A stretch of DNA of 39,031 nucleotides from a virus. Location: the UHGV virus genome UHGV-0112814; one strand, 5' to 3'. The position numbers and the translations under genes are program-made. The notes beneath the pieces were generated by a model that saw only the letters and a program-made list of their open reading frames with translations, searched no databases and had not been told where the DNA came from. Below are positions 20,410-29,406 of this stretch, one piece after another. How positions within the stretch are numbered: the stretch's first letter is position 1; the number at the start of each line of letters is the position of its first letter.

Positions 20410-20877
20410 TTATTTCAGGCACTGAGTCCTGATGTACTCCTGCAGGTAGTTAACCTGCGCGGTTATCTTGTCGATTCCACTTCGGAGACGGTAATAATTG
20501 AGTTCAGCATCTGCTGTAAGTCCTGGGCTTTCTCCATCGCCCATGCCGCCGGCTCCGGTCGTTGACTTTGCACAGGTGGCGGCGACTTGCAGGCGCTTAC
20601 GACCAGCAATGACATCGCTATGCAGACGCTCAATGGTTTCTTTCGCATCAGCCAGTTCTCCGGTGTATTTGGCATCCATTGCAGCGACATCACGCTGGCG
20701 GGTCTGCATGTCTTTAATGGTGGCGGTCGCCAGGAGGAGTTTCTCAGTGGCCTTATCGCGCTGGTCTCTGTAAGTGATGGCGTTGTCGCGGTAGTGGTTC
20801 ACGAAGAAAGCCAGTGCGCCGATTAACGCCAGCACCAGCAACTGCAGCCAGTAACGCTTAACCAGTGCGCTAATCAT
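20410..20877 (-). CDS. Rz: Inner-membrane spanin Rz
   Basis: ALIGALAFFVNHYRDNAITYRDQRDK ... RQRDVAAMDAKYTGELADAK closely resembles lambda Rz. Confidence 0.85.
   Translation of the reverse strand: MISALVKRYWLQLLVLALIGALAFFVNHYRDNAITYRDQRDKATEKLLLATATIKDMQTRQRDVAAMDAKYTGELADAKETIERLHSDVIAGRKRLQVAATCAKSTTGAGGMGDGESPGLTADAELNYYRLRSGIDKITAQVNYLQEYIRTQCLK
20463..20648 (-). CDS. Rz1: Outer-membrane lipoprotein spanin Rz1, embedded in the +1 frame of Rz
   Basis: MRKKPLSVCIAMSLLVVSAC lipobox signal followed by a Pro-rich segment; fully nested in Rz. Confidence 0.7.
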   Translation of the reverse strand: MRKKPLSVCIAMSLLVVSACKSPPPVQSQRPEPAAWAMEKAQDLQQMLNSIITVSEVESTR

Positions 20878-21323
20878 GACAGGAACAGAGCTCGCTCTGC
20901 CTTGCGGCGATTCGTGAGCCCCGGCATCACCTTTCCGCCTGATTTATTCCAGCGCAGAAATTCATCTGCCGCGCCTTTTATATCGCCAGCATTCAGCTTT
21001 TTCAGCAGTGTAGATGTGGAAAGAGCACGCGACCCAACGTTGTAAGCGAACGACACCAGTGCGTCGAACTGGCCTTGTGTCAGCTTCACCCTGACAACTT
21101 TCAGCACGTCATTCTCATAACCAACAAGCCCTGTTTTCAGAAGCCTGTCAGCGGTTTGCTGGTCGATAGTCATACCGCGCTTTACTGGCTTTCCGTCAAC
21201 CGGATGGGTCCAGCCATAGCCGATGGTCCACGGCGCATCTCCCGTTCCGGGGTCGGGGTAAGCAGTCAGCCGACAACCTTCAAATTTTTTTATCAGAGCA
21301 ATTCCGTCAGGACTGGTTTGCAT
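20874..21323 (-). CDS. Endolysin (lysozyme, P22 gp19-type)
   Basis: [10 protein letters not shown] ... TIGYGWTH ... C-terminal [11 protein letters not shown] resembles the P22 lysozyme; start at ATG 21323 overlapping the holin stop. Confidence 0.85.
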   Translation of the reverse strand: MQTSPDGIALIKKFEGCRLTAYPDPGTGDAPWTIGYGWTHPVDGKPVKRGMTIDQQTADRLLKTGLVGYENDVLKVVRVKLTQGQFDALVSFAYNVGSRALSTSTLLKKLNAGDIKGAADEFLRWNKSGGKVMPGLTNRRKAERALFLS

Positions 21324-21630
21324 CGTCAACTCCCGCCTTTTTTGCTGCAAGTTTTTTAATAAGATTGCCGATCGAATCGGTGCCGATGTATCCAATAAAG
21401 ACGCTGGCTATGTAGGCGAGGTTGCTGCTCAGGCCGATAAAGTCCAGAAGGTCACGAACGAACCAGGCAATCATCGCGCACATCAGCGCATCAATTAGCG
21501 TTTTTGTTACCGCGCCGCCGTTATAGCGACCACGCAGATACGCCATGATAAAAGCCAGCATTGCACCAATACCCTGCTCCTTGGCGGCAAGTAGCGCAGC
21601 GATGAAATCTTGTTTGTATGGCATTTTCAT
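21307..21630 (-). CDS. S: Class I holin with dual-start motif (lambda S-like)
   Basis: [40 protein letters not shown] ... closely matches lambda S, including the Met-Lys-Met start. Confidence 0.9.
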   Translation of the reverse strand: MKMPYKQDFIAALLAAKEQGIGAMLAFIMAYLRGRYNGGAVTKTLIDALMCAMIAWFVRDLLDFIGLSSNLAYIASVFIGYIGTDSIGNLIKKLAAKKAGVDDANQS

Positions 21631-22012
21631 AGGCCTCACCTCCGATTTTCCGGATGGTGCTGTGTGTGTTTGTAGGGGAAAGGCCGTCAGACTCTGATTG
21701 CTACATGGCATCTGAAAATGATATCTGCGGCCTGCAATAAAAAAGACCACGGCGCGGTGGGCAATAGAGGGTAGTGCGTTGAGCTTTTGCTCTTATGGTC
21801 CTGGTAGGTATTTGGTGTGTGGTGACCGGTGCTGTGTTTTCCGGCATGTAAATGAACTACCCGTCGTCGCCATGGTGAGCCTTTACCTCACCATCTAGCT
21901 GATAAGTTAGCGCATCAGCCTGCGCATTCACCACAACGATAATTGCACTGCGCCTGTTTCGGTTAGCGTAACGGGATTAACCGGTCACCCCAATGCAATT
22001 ATCTGTTGTGCA

Positions 22013-22047
22013 GATACAAAAAAAGCCCCGAGCTATTAACTCAGGGC
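22013..22047 (-). terminator. Intrinsic terminator a few tens of nt downstream of pR' (tR'-like; 6S-like short RNA end)
   Basis: Minus-strand hairpin gcccugag-uuaauag-cucggggc followed by uuuuuuu and then tgtatctgcac, as after lambda tR'. Confidence 0.6.
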
Positions 22048-22083
22048 TTTATTTAACGAGTGCATTTATCCATCGTTGAGTCA

Positions 22084-22112
22084 AATTTACCCAACTTTAT
22101 TCAAAAAGTCAA
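22084..22112 (-). promoter_or_regulatory. Late promoter pR' with Q-utilisation region (lambda-like)
   Basis: Minus strand reads TTGACT-17 nt-TAAATT-tgactcaacgatgg, nearly identical to the lambda pR' region. Confidence 0.7.
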
Positions 22113-22154
22113 TATCATGCCGTTAATATGTTGCCATCCGTGGCAATCATGCTG

Positions 22155-22778
22155 CTAACGTGTGACCGCATTCAAAATGTTGTCTGCGATTGACTCTTCT
22201 TTGTGGCATTGCACCACCAGAGCGTCATACAGAGGCTTAACAGTGCGTGACCAGGTGGGTTGGGTAAGGTTTGGGATTAGCATCGTCACAGCGCGATATG
22301 CGGCGCTTGCTGGCATTCTTGAATAGCCGACACCTTTGCATCTTCCGCACTCTTTCTCAACAACTCTCCCCCACTGCTCCGTTTTGGCTATATCAACCGC
22401 ACGGCCTGTACCGTGGCAATCTCTGCATCTTGCCCCCGGCGTCGCGGCACTACGGCAATAATCCGCATAAGCGAATGTTGCGAGCACTTGCAGTACCTTT
22501 GCCTTAGTATTTCCTTCGAGCTTTGCCACACCACGGTATTTCCCCGATACCTTGTGTGCAAATTGCATCAGATAGTTGATAGCCTTTTGTTTGTCGTTCT
22601 GGCTGAGTTCATGCTTACCGCAGAATGCAGCCATTCCGAATCCAGCTTGTGATTGCGCCATCCCCATAGCAGCCATCACATCAGTACCGGAAAGAGAGTC
22701 AGAAGCCGTGGCCCGTGGTGAGTCGCTCATCATCGGGCTTTTTGGCGAATGAAATTTAGCTACACTTTCGAGTCTCAT
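22155..22778 (-). CDS. Q: Late antiterminator Q (lambda Q type)
   Basis: MRLESVAKFHSPKSPMMSDSPRATASDSLSG ... matches lambda Q over its length; start at M12 of the track ORF. Confidence 0.9.
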   Translation of the reverse strand: MRLESVAKFHSPKSPMMSDSPRATASDSLSGTDVMAAMGMAQSQAGFGMAAFCGKHELSQNDKQKAINYLMQFAHKVSGKYRGVAKLEGNTKAKVLQVLATFAYADYCRSAATPGARCRDCHGTGRAVDIAKTEQWGRVVEKECGRCKGVGYSRMPASAAYRAVTMLIPNLTQPTWSRTVKPLYDALVVQCHKEESIADNILNAVTR

Positions 22779-22920
22779 CGTCTTCCCCTCTATCCTTTGC
22801 AATGACACCACACTTCAAACATTCGTTTCACAACCTCACGGCAGTAGAAACCGCTAATATCGCGGGAAAGATCGTAGCGATTGCCATAACGCTGGCGCAT
22901 ATATCGTTCGAATGCTTTGT

Positions 22921-23283
22921 TCATACGTTCTCCAGTTCGGTGATTTTTATTCCAAGCCGTCCGCCTGGTACTTTCACACCACGAATTACGCGAATGTCAT
23001 CGAATTGCTCGTCGTCTTCCGCAAATCCGGCGTGGATAAGGGAGTCGAGTAAACCTTTCAGGATGTTGTCGAGGTCGCGGCGGCGGGAGTCTGGAACGTC
23101 TGCGATGACTTTGATGCGGAGTCGTGATTTGGTGAAAATGTCTAACTTAAGTTGGCGGATGATTTGCTGAACGTCTTTTCGGTATTTCTGGCCTTTATCG
23201 CTGATGTAGTATTGGCTTCCCCGTCTTCGCCAGTAGGTATTCAGCGACGGTGGGTATGGAAGCACAAACTGATATTCGTTCAT
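22921..23283 (-). CDS. rusA: RusA-family Holliday junction resolvase
   Basis: 120 aa with conserved RRRDLDN block; nin-region position. Confidence 0.8.
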   Translation of the reverse strand: MNEYQFVLPYPPSLNTYWRRRGSQYYISDKGQKYRKDVQQIIRQLKLDIFTKSRLRIKVIADVPDSRRRDLDNILKGLLDSLIHAGFAEDDEQFDDIRVIRGVKVPGGRLGIKITELENV

Positions 23284-23570
23284 GGCTTAATCTTCCCCTC
23301 CTTCAGTAGTATCGCCTGCGTCCTGATCACGCCTTCGAGGTGGTAAAGTCTGGCGTCTTTGTTGTCGAGATTATGGGTGCGTCGGTCGATCTCCGCGTGG
23401 CAGTCACTACAAGCCCATGCGCCGATCAGGTCGTCAGGCTTCATTCCCGTTCCGCAAATTCCAGCCATCCGGTAATGTGCCAGAACTGTAGTTTCAGGAT
23501 TACCATTGCATATGCCGTAAATACGTACCTGGCATTCTCTGCCGCGCGCTTCTTTGCGTAGATTAGCCAT
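23280..23570 (-). CDS. YbcO-like zinc-binding putative nuclease (DUF1364-like)
   Basis: 96 aa, RGRECQVRIYGICNGNPETTVLAH ... CSDCH pattern resembles DLP12 YbcO. Confidence 0.6.
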   Translation of the reverse strand: MANLRKEARGRECQVRIYGICNGNPETTVLAHYRMAGICGTGMKPDDLIGAWACSDCHAEIDRRTHNLDNKDARLYHLEGVIRTQAILLKEGKIKP

Positions 23571-23775
23571 TTACCTTCCCTCGCAATTGAAGAATTGACT
23601 GAAGGTCTTTTTTAATAAATATGCGAGTGCGGATTGAGCAGTAGTTTTCCTTCATTCTGGCGTAGTAATAGTCCTTTCGTTGTTTAAGCTTGTTGGCATC
23701 CGCAGTCATCCAGTCTTTTACAGCAAACTTAATTAACCAGCGGTGGCAGAGATACCATTTCAGGTAATCACTCAT
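23563..23775 (-). CDS. Hypothetical nin-region protein
   Basis: 70-aa ORF with start/stop overlaps on both sides. Confidence 0.45.
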   Translation of the reverse strand: MSDYLKWYLCHRWLIKFAVKDWMTADANKLKQRKDYYYARMKENYCSIRTRIFIKKDLQSILQLRGKVNG

Positions 23776-23938
23776 CGTCTTCTTCCTCGTACATTGAGCT
23801 ATTCGGATCGCTCATCAGTTCTGCGCAGCAATCGGAGCACACGTGAACTTCCAGCACATGCAGCTTCTGACCGCAGTTAGCGCACGTTAAAGCTCGCTCG
23901 ACACTTCCTTGTTCGTAACTTCGATTTTGGTCAATCAC
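23768..23938 (-). CDS. ninF: NinF-like small Cys-rich protein (GTG start)
   Basis: Own translation gives ...[45 protein letters not shown], resembling lambda NinF; below the ORF-track size cutoff. Confidence 0.5.
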   Translation of the reverse strand: MIDQNRSYEQGSVERALTCANCGQKLHVLEVHVCSDCCAELMSDPNSSMYEEEDDE

Positions 23939-24117
23939 CTTGTTTTCCTCGCACGTTCTCTAAGCCACCGGATATCCCACAGGTGAGCCGTGTAGTTGAA
24001 GGTTTTTACGTCAGATTCTTTTGGGATTGGCTTGCGTTTATTTCTGGAGCGTTTCGTTGGAAGGTATTTGCAGTTTTCACAGATGATGTCGGTGATACTT
24101 CGTCGCTGTCGTCTCAT
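23935..24117 (-). CDS. ninE: NinE
   Basis: [52 protein letters not shown] matches lambda NinE. Confidence 0.8.
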   Translation of the reverse strand: MRRQRRSITDIICENCKYLPTKRSRNKRKPIPKESDVKTFNYTAHLWDIRWLRERARKTR

Positions 24118-24644
24118 GCCGCCCTCCTGACGCCCTGCCCGATCGCCATCAATGCCGCTTTGGATACGGTAGTAAACATCCGTCGAGGACTGATGAACGG
24201 TCGCCAAATCAGCAGCATGGAGCCTTTGCTGTTTCCCTTCTTCTCCAGCCCTGTCGATGGTTCGATAAAATTAATCCGTCCATCAGTGATAATGCGAACT
24301 TCGTCGACACTCTCCAGAGCCTTGCTGAACCATCCGACAGACATATCCTCTGGCACAAGCATCACTACCGTCTGTCGCTGTTGTATGCACTGCTCAGCTG
24401 CTTTTTCCACCCACGGCCTGATATTGCTGTACGGTGGGTTATTCCAGATTGCACCGTGACTTACCCACTCAGAATTGAGCGCGTCGTCGGCCTCAGTTAG
24501 CCAGTGAGCGCACAGAGCATTTTTGTCGCTCGCTGCCGAATCCAGCCAGAATCCAAACTCAATATCCAGTGCATCAAAAAGCCAGAGCGGCGTTTGCCAG
24601 CAGTCTCTAACTTCTTTTGGTGTTTCTGATTTATGCTTAATCAT
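24114..24644 (-). CDS. Phage-type DNA N6-adenine methyltransferase (Dam-like, orphan)
   Basis: 176 aa with NPPYS catalytic motif; ATGA-type overlaps with flanking genes. Confidence 0.75.
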   Translation of the reverse strand: MIKHKSETPKEVRDCWQTPLWLFDALDIEFGFWLDSAASDKNALCAHWLTEADDALNSEWVSHGAIWNNPPYSNIRPWVEKAAEQCIQQRQTVVMLVPEDMSVGWFSKALESVDEVRIITDGRINFIEPSTGLEKKGNSKGSMLLIWRPFISPRRMFTTVSKAALMAIGQGVRRAA

Positions 24645-25168
24645 ACAACCTTCGCATATTGTCCGTGATATTTGTTGATAGCCTCACTGGCAACCAAACA
24701 AGCAAGTTCAAGATCTTCATAGAGCCCAAAATACAACCGGCCAAAATCTGTGCGCACTTGAACGGCCCATTTATTTTTTTGCTTGTTCCATAAAACATTT
24801 TTTATTCCAGAACGGCTATTGCACTTAGTTTTCTGATTTCGGCTGTTTGCTATCCGGCCTGCCTCCCTAAGATTTTTTGGGGAATTGTCCAGCCTGTTTC
24901 CGTTAATATGGTCAATATTTTTCAATGGCATTCTTTTGTTGTGCAGCGCAAAAACAACTACGTGAACAAACATCTGAATGCCTGCAAAACACACCTGTCT
25001 ATACCCAGATCCATTTATCGATGTTTTAATTTCATCTCCTGCCCGGTGGCTGTGGTTGGGGTGTTTTAGCGAGTCCTTTTTGTATCTGACTGTATCTCCG
25101 TCTAAATACAGATAATCCTCAATAAGCCGATACCTATCTGACGCTGGCGTATTTGATTTGATAGTCAT
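24641..25168 (-). CDS. HNH endonuclease (homing-endonuclease-like)
   Basis: IDHINGNRLDNSPKNLR HNH motif; AT-rich relative to neighbours by eye; start at ATG 25168 overlapping the NinB stop. Confidence 0.7.
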   Translation of the reverse strand: MTIKSNTPASDRYRLIEDYLYLDGDTVRYKKDSLKHPNHSHRAGDEIKTSINGSGYRQVCFAGIQMFVHVVVFALHNKRMPLKNIDHINGNRLDNSPKNLREAGRIANSRNQKTKCNSRSGIKNVLWNKQKNKWAVQVRTDFGRLYFGLYEDLELACLVASEAINKYHGQYAKVV

Positions 25169-25605
25169 GCAGCCCGATCTCCCCATCGCGCTTTCCATTC
25201 GAGAGCCAGTCGCGCTTCGTCTGACCACTTAACGCCACGCTCTGTACCGAATGCTTGTATAAGCTCTAATAGCTCCGCAAATTCGCCTACACGCATCCTG
25301 CTGGTTGACTGGCCTATTACCACAAAGCCATTCCCGGCAAGGTTAGGAACAACGTCCTGCTGCTTTAATGCTGCGGTAAACACACACTTCCAGCTTTCTG
25401 CATCCAGCCAACGCCCATGCCATTCAACCTGACGAGAGACGTCACCAAGGCAAGCCCAAAGCTTCCGATTCTGGTCTAAGCTGCGGTTGCGCTCCTGAAT
25501 GATCACTACGATTGGCTTGGTTTGGTCTGGAAGGATTTGCTGTACTGCGTGAATAGCGCTTTGCTGATGTGCCGGAGATCGAATTTCAAAGGTTAGTTTT
25601 TTCAT
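25165..25605 (-). CDS. ninB: NinB recombination protein
   Basis: MKKLTFEIRSPAHQQSAIHAVQQILPD ... matches lambda NinB; start at M7 of the track ORF. Confidence 0.9.
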   Translation of the reverse strand: MKKLTFEIRSPAHQQSAIHAVQQILPDQTKPIVVIIQERNRSLDQNRKLWACLGDVSRQVEWHGRWLDAESWKCVFTAALKQQDVVPNLAGNGFVVIGQSTSRMRVGEFAELLELIQAFGTERGVKWSDEARLALEWKARWGDRAA

Positions 25606-25682
25606 GACTTCCCTCTCCCCCAAATAAAAAGGCCTGCGATTACCAGCAGGCCTGTTACAAGCTCAGTGATGTAGATGGTCAT

Positions 25683-27563
25683 TTAATACTCCGTCACGTT
25701 TTCCTGTCGCCACGCCTCGTCATATTCCGATTTCGGCATATTGGCGATGTAGCTATAAGGCGATCCTGATTCAAGTTGCAGGAACTGGTGCGATTGCTCG
25801 TCAAGGAACAACGGGACACCACCTTCCCAACCTTCGCCGTTACGTTGTTTTTCAAGCATCAAAACAGATGCCGGAGATGCCAGTAGCTGTTCGTCCTTCT
25901 CTGACATCTTTTCACCACTCTGAACTCTCTGTAACGCTCTCTCGCGAGCCTTGTTACGCCAGATGATAAAAAGGTTGTCTGTCAGGTCTGTTATCGCTCC
26001 AGAGCCTTTTACGTCCATTTTCCCGGTTGGTTTTTCTTCGCTATCTCCTTTTCTGGAGTGAGTAACGAGAATGACGTGGGAGTTTGTTTTGTTTTTGAAG
26101 TCACAAATCGAGTCAACAAATGCTTTCTGCCCGTTATAGTCATCGTCACCTATGCCGCATTTCATCAGGCTGTCGATGATGAATAACTGGATGCCGTATC
26201 GGCGGCGAGCGTAGTCGAATATTTCGATCAGCCTGTCGGCTTTCGCCGTTCCAGTCAGGCCAAACACCCAAAATCTTTCGTCATAAAATTTAAATGCAGA
26301 GTCAATTTCCAGCACTGGCGGCATCTTGCAGCACGTCGCCTGACGGGTAAGGCGCTTAAGGAGAATACCAGGCTTCAGCTCAAGTGACGCGATGCACGTC
26401 TTCACACCCTGACGCATTGCCTCAAGTGCCATATGCCCGACAACCTCCGTTTTTCCGTGACCGTTCACACCATTGACCAGCGTCAACTCGGCCTCACGGA
26501 ACTGGAATTTATCTGCCAGAGATTCCCACGGTGGATTAAACAGATACTGCTGCTTGCCGTAGAAAGCGTTGATAGTGTCCTGGTAAAACTCTCGCGCGCT
26601 GTAGAGTTCTTCAGGATCGAAGTAGGATGCCGTGCCGATGTACTGCCAGATTTCATCCTCGGTAACACCGTTCATCAGGCATTCGTTGATGTCTTTGTAC
26701 GGCAGAGTAACAAGACGGCAACGATGTTCACCGAGTCGGCTTGCGATTTCCCTTGCGGCTTCACGACCAACATCATCAACGTCCATCGAGATGAATATTT
26801 CCTCAAACCTGTCGAGGTTGTGATACTCAAACTCAATCCACTGTTGCTTAGCGCCTTTCCCGCCACCAAACGGCACGGATAACGCCGAGATGCCGTATTG
26901 CGCATAGCTCATACAATCAATTTCGCCTTCGCAAAGTACAACCGCCCTCACGCCAGCGTCCAGAGCCTGCCATCCAAACAGACAAGGTTCGCAATCACCT
27001 TCTGCCATAATGACTTTCTTCCCGTCCGGTCGCTCAGTGCTGATTCGCTTGACCTGCAACAACTCACCATCGCGTTTGTACGGAAGCACCAGTGCATCAA
27101 GTTCTCGTTCTCCATTCCACACCTTGCCGCTGACAACCTCGTAGCGCTTTACGACTTCTGGCGATATGCCACGCGATTGCAGGTACTCAAGATGGGATTC
27201 TGTTCTGGTAACGTAGCGGGCGATTTTCTTGCGGTCAGGTCTGGAGAATTTCTTCTCACGTTTGGCATCGAAATGGTGATCGTCATCCTTGATTCCGAGA
27301 AAGGCTTTCGCTTCCTGCATAGCCTGATGCAGGTTAATTCCACGACATGCCATCCACAAATCAAGCATGTCACCGCCGTCTCCCTCAGCGAAATCAGCCC
27401 ATTTTTTCTTGCCGCTAAGGTTGACCTTAAGGCTGTTTCCCTTGTCACCGTTGACGTTACCGGCAACCCACTCATGCCCCTCTTTCTTGCCGTTTGGCAA
27501 CAGGTGCGGAGCCACCCTGTCAACCTGCGCCCAAAGCAGGTCACTGAGTTCACTTGGAGTCAT
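25683..27563 (-). CDS. Bifunctional primase (TOPRIM)/DnaB-like helicase replication protein
   Basis: 626 aa; TOPRIM-like VVLCEGEIDCMSYAQYG segment and Walker A-like VNGVNGHGKTEV segment. Confidence 0.8.
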   Translation of the reverse strand: MTPSELSDLLWAQVDRVAPHLLPNGKKEGHEWVAGNVNGDKGNSLKVNLSGKKKWADFAEGDGGDMLDLWMACRGINLHQAMQEAKAFLGIKDDDHHFDAKREKKFSRPDRKKIARYVTRTESHLEYLQSRGISPEVVKRYEVVSGKVWNGERELDALVLPYKRDGELLQVKRISTERPDGKKVIMAEGDCEPCLFGWQALDAGVRAVVLCEGEIDCMSYAQYGISALSVPFGGGKGAKQQWIEFEYHNLDRFEEIFISMDVDDVGREAAREIASRLGEHRCRLVTLPYKDINECLMNGVTEDEIWQYIGTASYFDPEELYSAREFYQDTINAFYGKQQYLFNPPWESLADKFQFREAELTLVNGVNGHGKTEVVGHMALEAMRQGVKTCIASLELKPGILLKRLTRQATCCKMPPVLEIDSAFKFYDERFWVFGLTGTAKADRLIEIFDYARRRYGIQLFIIDSLMKCGIGDDDYNGQKAFVDSICDFKNKTNSHVILVTHSRKGDSEEKPTGKMDVKGSGAITDLTDNLFIIWRNKARERALQRVQSGEKMSEKDEQLLASPASVLMLEKQRNGEGWEGGVPLFLDEQSHQFLQLESGSPYSYIANMPKSEYDEAWRQENVTEY

Positions 27564-27667
27564 GATTCCCTCAGATTGAGATTTTTAAACCAGAAATCGA
27601 CAAACGAAATACTTAACCAGCCGTGGTTATAACCAGCGACCAGTAGCGATTTGATTTTTGATTTCAT
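27560..27667 (-). CDS. Small ORF (35 aa) translationally coupled between the O-like gene and the primase-helicase gene
   Basis: Own translation MKSKIKSLLVAGYNHGWLSISFVDFWFKNLNLRES; its ATG lies 3 nt after the O-like stop and its stop overlaps the primase ATG. Confidence 0.3.
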   Translation of the reverse strand: MKSKIKSLLVAGYNHGWLSISFVDFWFKNLNLRES

Positions 27668-27670
27668 GGT

Positions 27671-28531
27671 TCACCTGTCGAAAAACACGTAGCCAGTTTT
27701 CGATACGGTGATTGCGGATGATGGTTTGGATTGTGGTTGAATAGTTTCTGGCTTCTCGTCGTTCCAGCGCTGACCGTTCAGGTAGCTCGATGGTAACAAC
27801 CTGTCGAATCCGAACTGCTTACCATTCCTGCATGCGATGTCTTCTGCCAGCATCGTGGCAAACTCGCTTGCCGTACCCCTGGTAGTTTTACGCCATTCCC
27901 TGAACTGTGTTCTGAATGCCGAAGCTGCGTTTTTCTTCCCGGCTTTCCGCATGCCTGCACACCAGAATATTTCCTCGAATGCCTTGTCGGTTTCTTCGTG
28001 ACGGTCAGGTGATTTTTCACACTCCGTCCGAACACTTTCGGACATAGTGTTTTTATTATTTCTTTTTTCTTTTGTAATAGTTTCTTTTGTGTGTCCCTGT
28101 TTTGGTGACAGCGCTGTCACCGTTTTGGTGACACTTTTTGTCACCAATGCAGTGACATTATCACCAGAGTAGTGACACCCTTCGATTTGCCATTCTTCGA
28201 TGTTCTTGTTAGGCCCGATTTGCTGGCCTTCGCGAAGGATAACCTTCATCGCGATAAGCTCATTCTTGGCCTTGTTTACCTTCTGTCTTGGCAGCCTGGT
28301 AATTTGAGCTAACTGACTATCAGAAATGCGATCCATCTTTTTACCGTAGCCGTATGTTTTACGGCATATGGCGTGGGCAACCTTGCTCTGATTTTTCGTT
28401 AAATCTGCGCCGATAAGCTCTTCATACAGGGCATTTGCAAGACGGGTATAACCATCTTCAACTTCTGCCACACGACGCTCCACAGGCCGTTGTGAAGGCC
28501 TTAAATGTGTTACGGTTGCAAGATTACTCAT
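27671..28531 (-). CDS. Replication initiator with lambda O-like N-terminal domain
   Basis: N-terminal [37 protein letters not shown] resembles the phage O N-terminal domain; ori iterons lie inside the gene. Confidence 0.75.
   Translation of the reverse strand: MSNLATVTHLRPSQRPVERRVAEVEDGYTRLANALYEELIGADLTKNQSKVAHAICRKTYGYGKKMDRISDSQLAQITRLPRQKVNKAKNELIAMKVILREGQQIGPNKNIEEWQIEGCHYSGDNVTALVTKSVTKTVTALSPKQGHTKETITKEKRNNKNTMSESVRTECEKSPDRHEETDKAFEEIFWCAGMRKAGKKNAASAFRTQFREWRKTTRGTASEFATMLAEDIACRNGKQFGFDRLLPSSYLNGQRWNDEKPETIQPQSKPSSAITVSKTGYVFFDR
28100..28180. repeat. Candidate replication origin iterons (GTGACA/TGTCAC core repeated about 6 times in both orientations) next to an AT-rich stretch at 28050..28095
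   Basis: tttggtgacag / ctgtcaccg / ttttggtgacac / tttttgtcacc / agtgacatt / agtgacaccc inside the O-like gene, as lambda ori lies inside O. Confidence 0.55.
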
Positions 28532-28679
28532 GACCTTTCTCCTTCTGCATCAGCTTCACTTTTTCCAACTCAGCCCGGAATCGACCAGGCTGCTTGAAGC
28601 TGGACAGGAAGCGATCACGTAGTATGTGTTTGTGAATTTTGTCTGGTAAGGACTGAGTTGTTTTGTCATAATGACTCCT

Positions 28680-28757
28680 GTTGATAGATCCAGTAATGAC
28701 CTCAGAATTCCATCTGGATTTGTTCAGAACGCTCGGTTGCCGCCGGGCGTTTTTTAT
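28680..28757 (+). ncRNA. oop: oop antisense RNA (lambda-like), overlapping the 3' end of cII
   Basis: gttgatagatccagtaatgacctcagaa(t)tccatctggatttgttcagaacgctcggttgccgccgggcgttttttatt is near-identical to lambda oop, including its terminator. Confidence 0.75.
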
Positions 28758-28995
28758 TGGTGAGAATCGAAGCAACTTGTCGTGCCAATCGAGCCATGTC
28801 GTCGTCAACGACCCCCCATTCAAGAACAGCAAGCAGCATTGAGAACTTTGGAATCCAATCCCTCTTCCACCTGCTGATCTGCGACTTATCAACTCCCACA
28901 GCTTCCGCTGTCTTCTCAGTTCCAAGCATTGCGATTTTGTTAAGCAACGCACTCTCGATTCGTAGAGCCTCGTTGCGTTTGTTTGCACGAACCAT
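28702..28995 (-). CDS. cII: CII transcriptional activator (lambda CII)
   Basis: [62 protein letters not shown] ... is essentially lambda CII. Confidence 0.95.
   Translation of the reverse strand: MVRANKRNEALRIESALLNKIAMLGTEKTAEAVGVDKSQISRWKRDWIPKFSMLLAVLEWGVVDDDMARLARQVASILTNKKRPAATERSEQIQMEF
28973..28986 (+). promoter_or_regulatory. pRE -35 region with CII-binding TTGC-N6-TTGC direct repeat
   Basis: ttgcgtttgtttgc inside the 5' end of cII, oriented toward cI as in lambda. Confidence 0.6.
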
Positions 28996-29074
28996 ATGTA
29001 AGTATTTCCTTAGATAACAATTGATTGAATGTATGCAAATAAATGCATACACCATAGGTGTGGTTTAATTTGAT

Positions 29075-29106
29075 GCCCTTTTTCAGGGCTGGAATGTGTA
29101 AGAGCG
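29075..29106 (-). promoter_or_regulatory. nutR (boxA cgctctta at 29099..29106; boxB gccctgaaaaagggc at 29075..29089), followed by tR1-like sequence
   Basis: Minus strand reads cgctcttacacattccagccctgaaaaagggcatcaaattaaacc..., matching lambda nutR. Confidence 0.85.
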
Positions 29107-29114
29107 TTGATAAC

Positions 29115-29345
29115 TTAAGCAGCCATTAATTCAGGCCAGATGCTTTCCCAATCAACCGGATGAAGGTCTTTGCGAGTCACTTCACCATTGCTGAACTTCT
29201 CAATCAGAACACAAAGTGCTGCGCCCAATTCATGATTACGGCTAAGTGCTTTCCTCAAATAGCCGATAGAAGTTCCGCACTTGGTGGCAAATTCTCTCTG
29301 CTCTTCCAGTGAAAGGGAGTTCAGATACAAGCGGAGTTCTTCCAT
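29115..29345 (-). CDS. cro: Cro-like repressor (non-lambda specificity)
   Basis: 76-aa ORF divergent from cI across the operator region, RBS aaggag; HTH-like segment TKCGTSIGYLRKAL. Confidence 0.7.
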   Translation of the reverse strand: MEELRLYLNSLSLEEQREFATKCGTSIGYLRKALSRNHELGAALCVLIEKFSNGEVTRKDLHPVDWESIWPELMAA

Positions 29346-29377
29346 TTGCTATCTCCTTCCCGTTGTTGAATAAGGTG

Positions 29378-29406
29378 AGTTTACCTGCAGGTAAAAAACA
29401 AATCAA
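29378..29406 (-). promoter_or_regulatory. Putative pR promoter (-35 ttgatt, -10 taaact) overlapping operators
   Basis: Minus strand: ttgatt-17 nt-taaact upstream of the cro RBS. Confidence 0.5.

Noticed and set aside
28100-28180. Repeats considered as a possible CRISPR array or IS inverted repeats
   Set aside because: Units are short (6..11 bp), irregularly spaced, in both orientations and inside a replication initiator gene; this is the pattern of origin iterons, not CRISPR repeats or IS ends.
28524-28988. 154-aa minus-strand ORF overlapping cII in another frame
   Set aside because: The same DNA encodes a clear lambda CII in the other frame and the oop RNA; the long ORF is a frame shadow.
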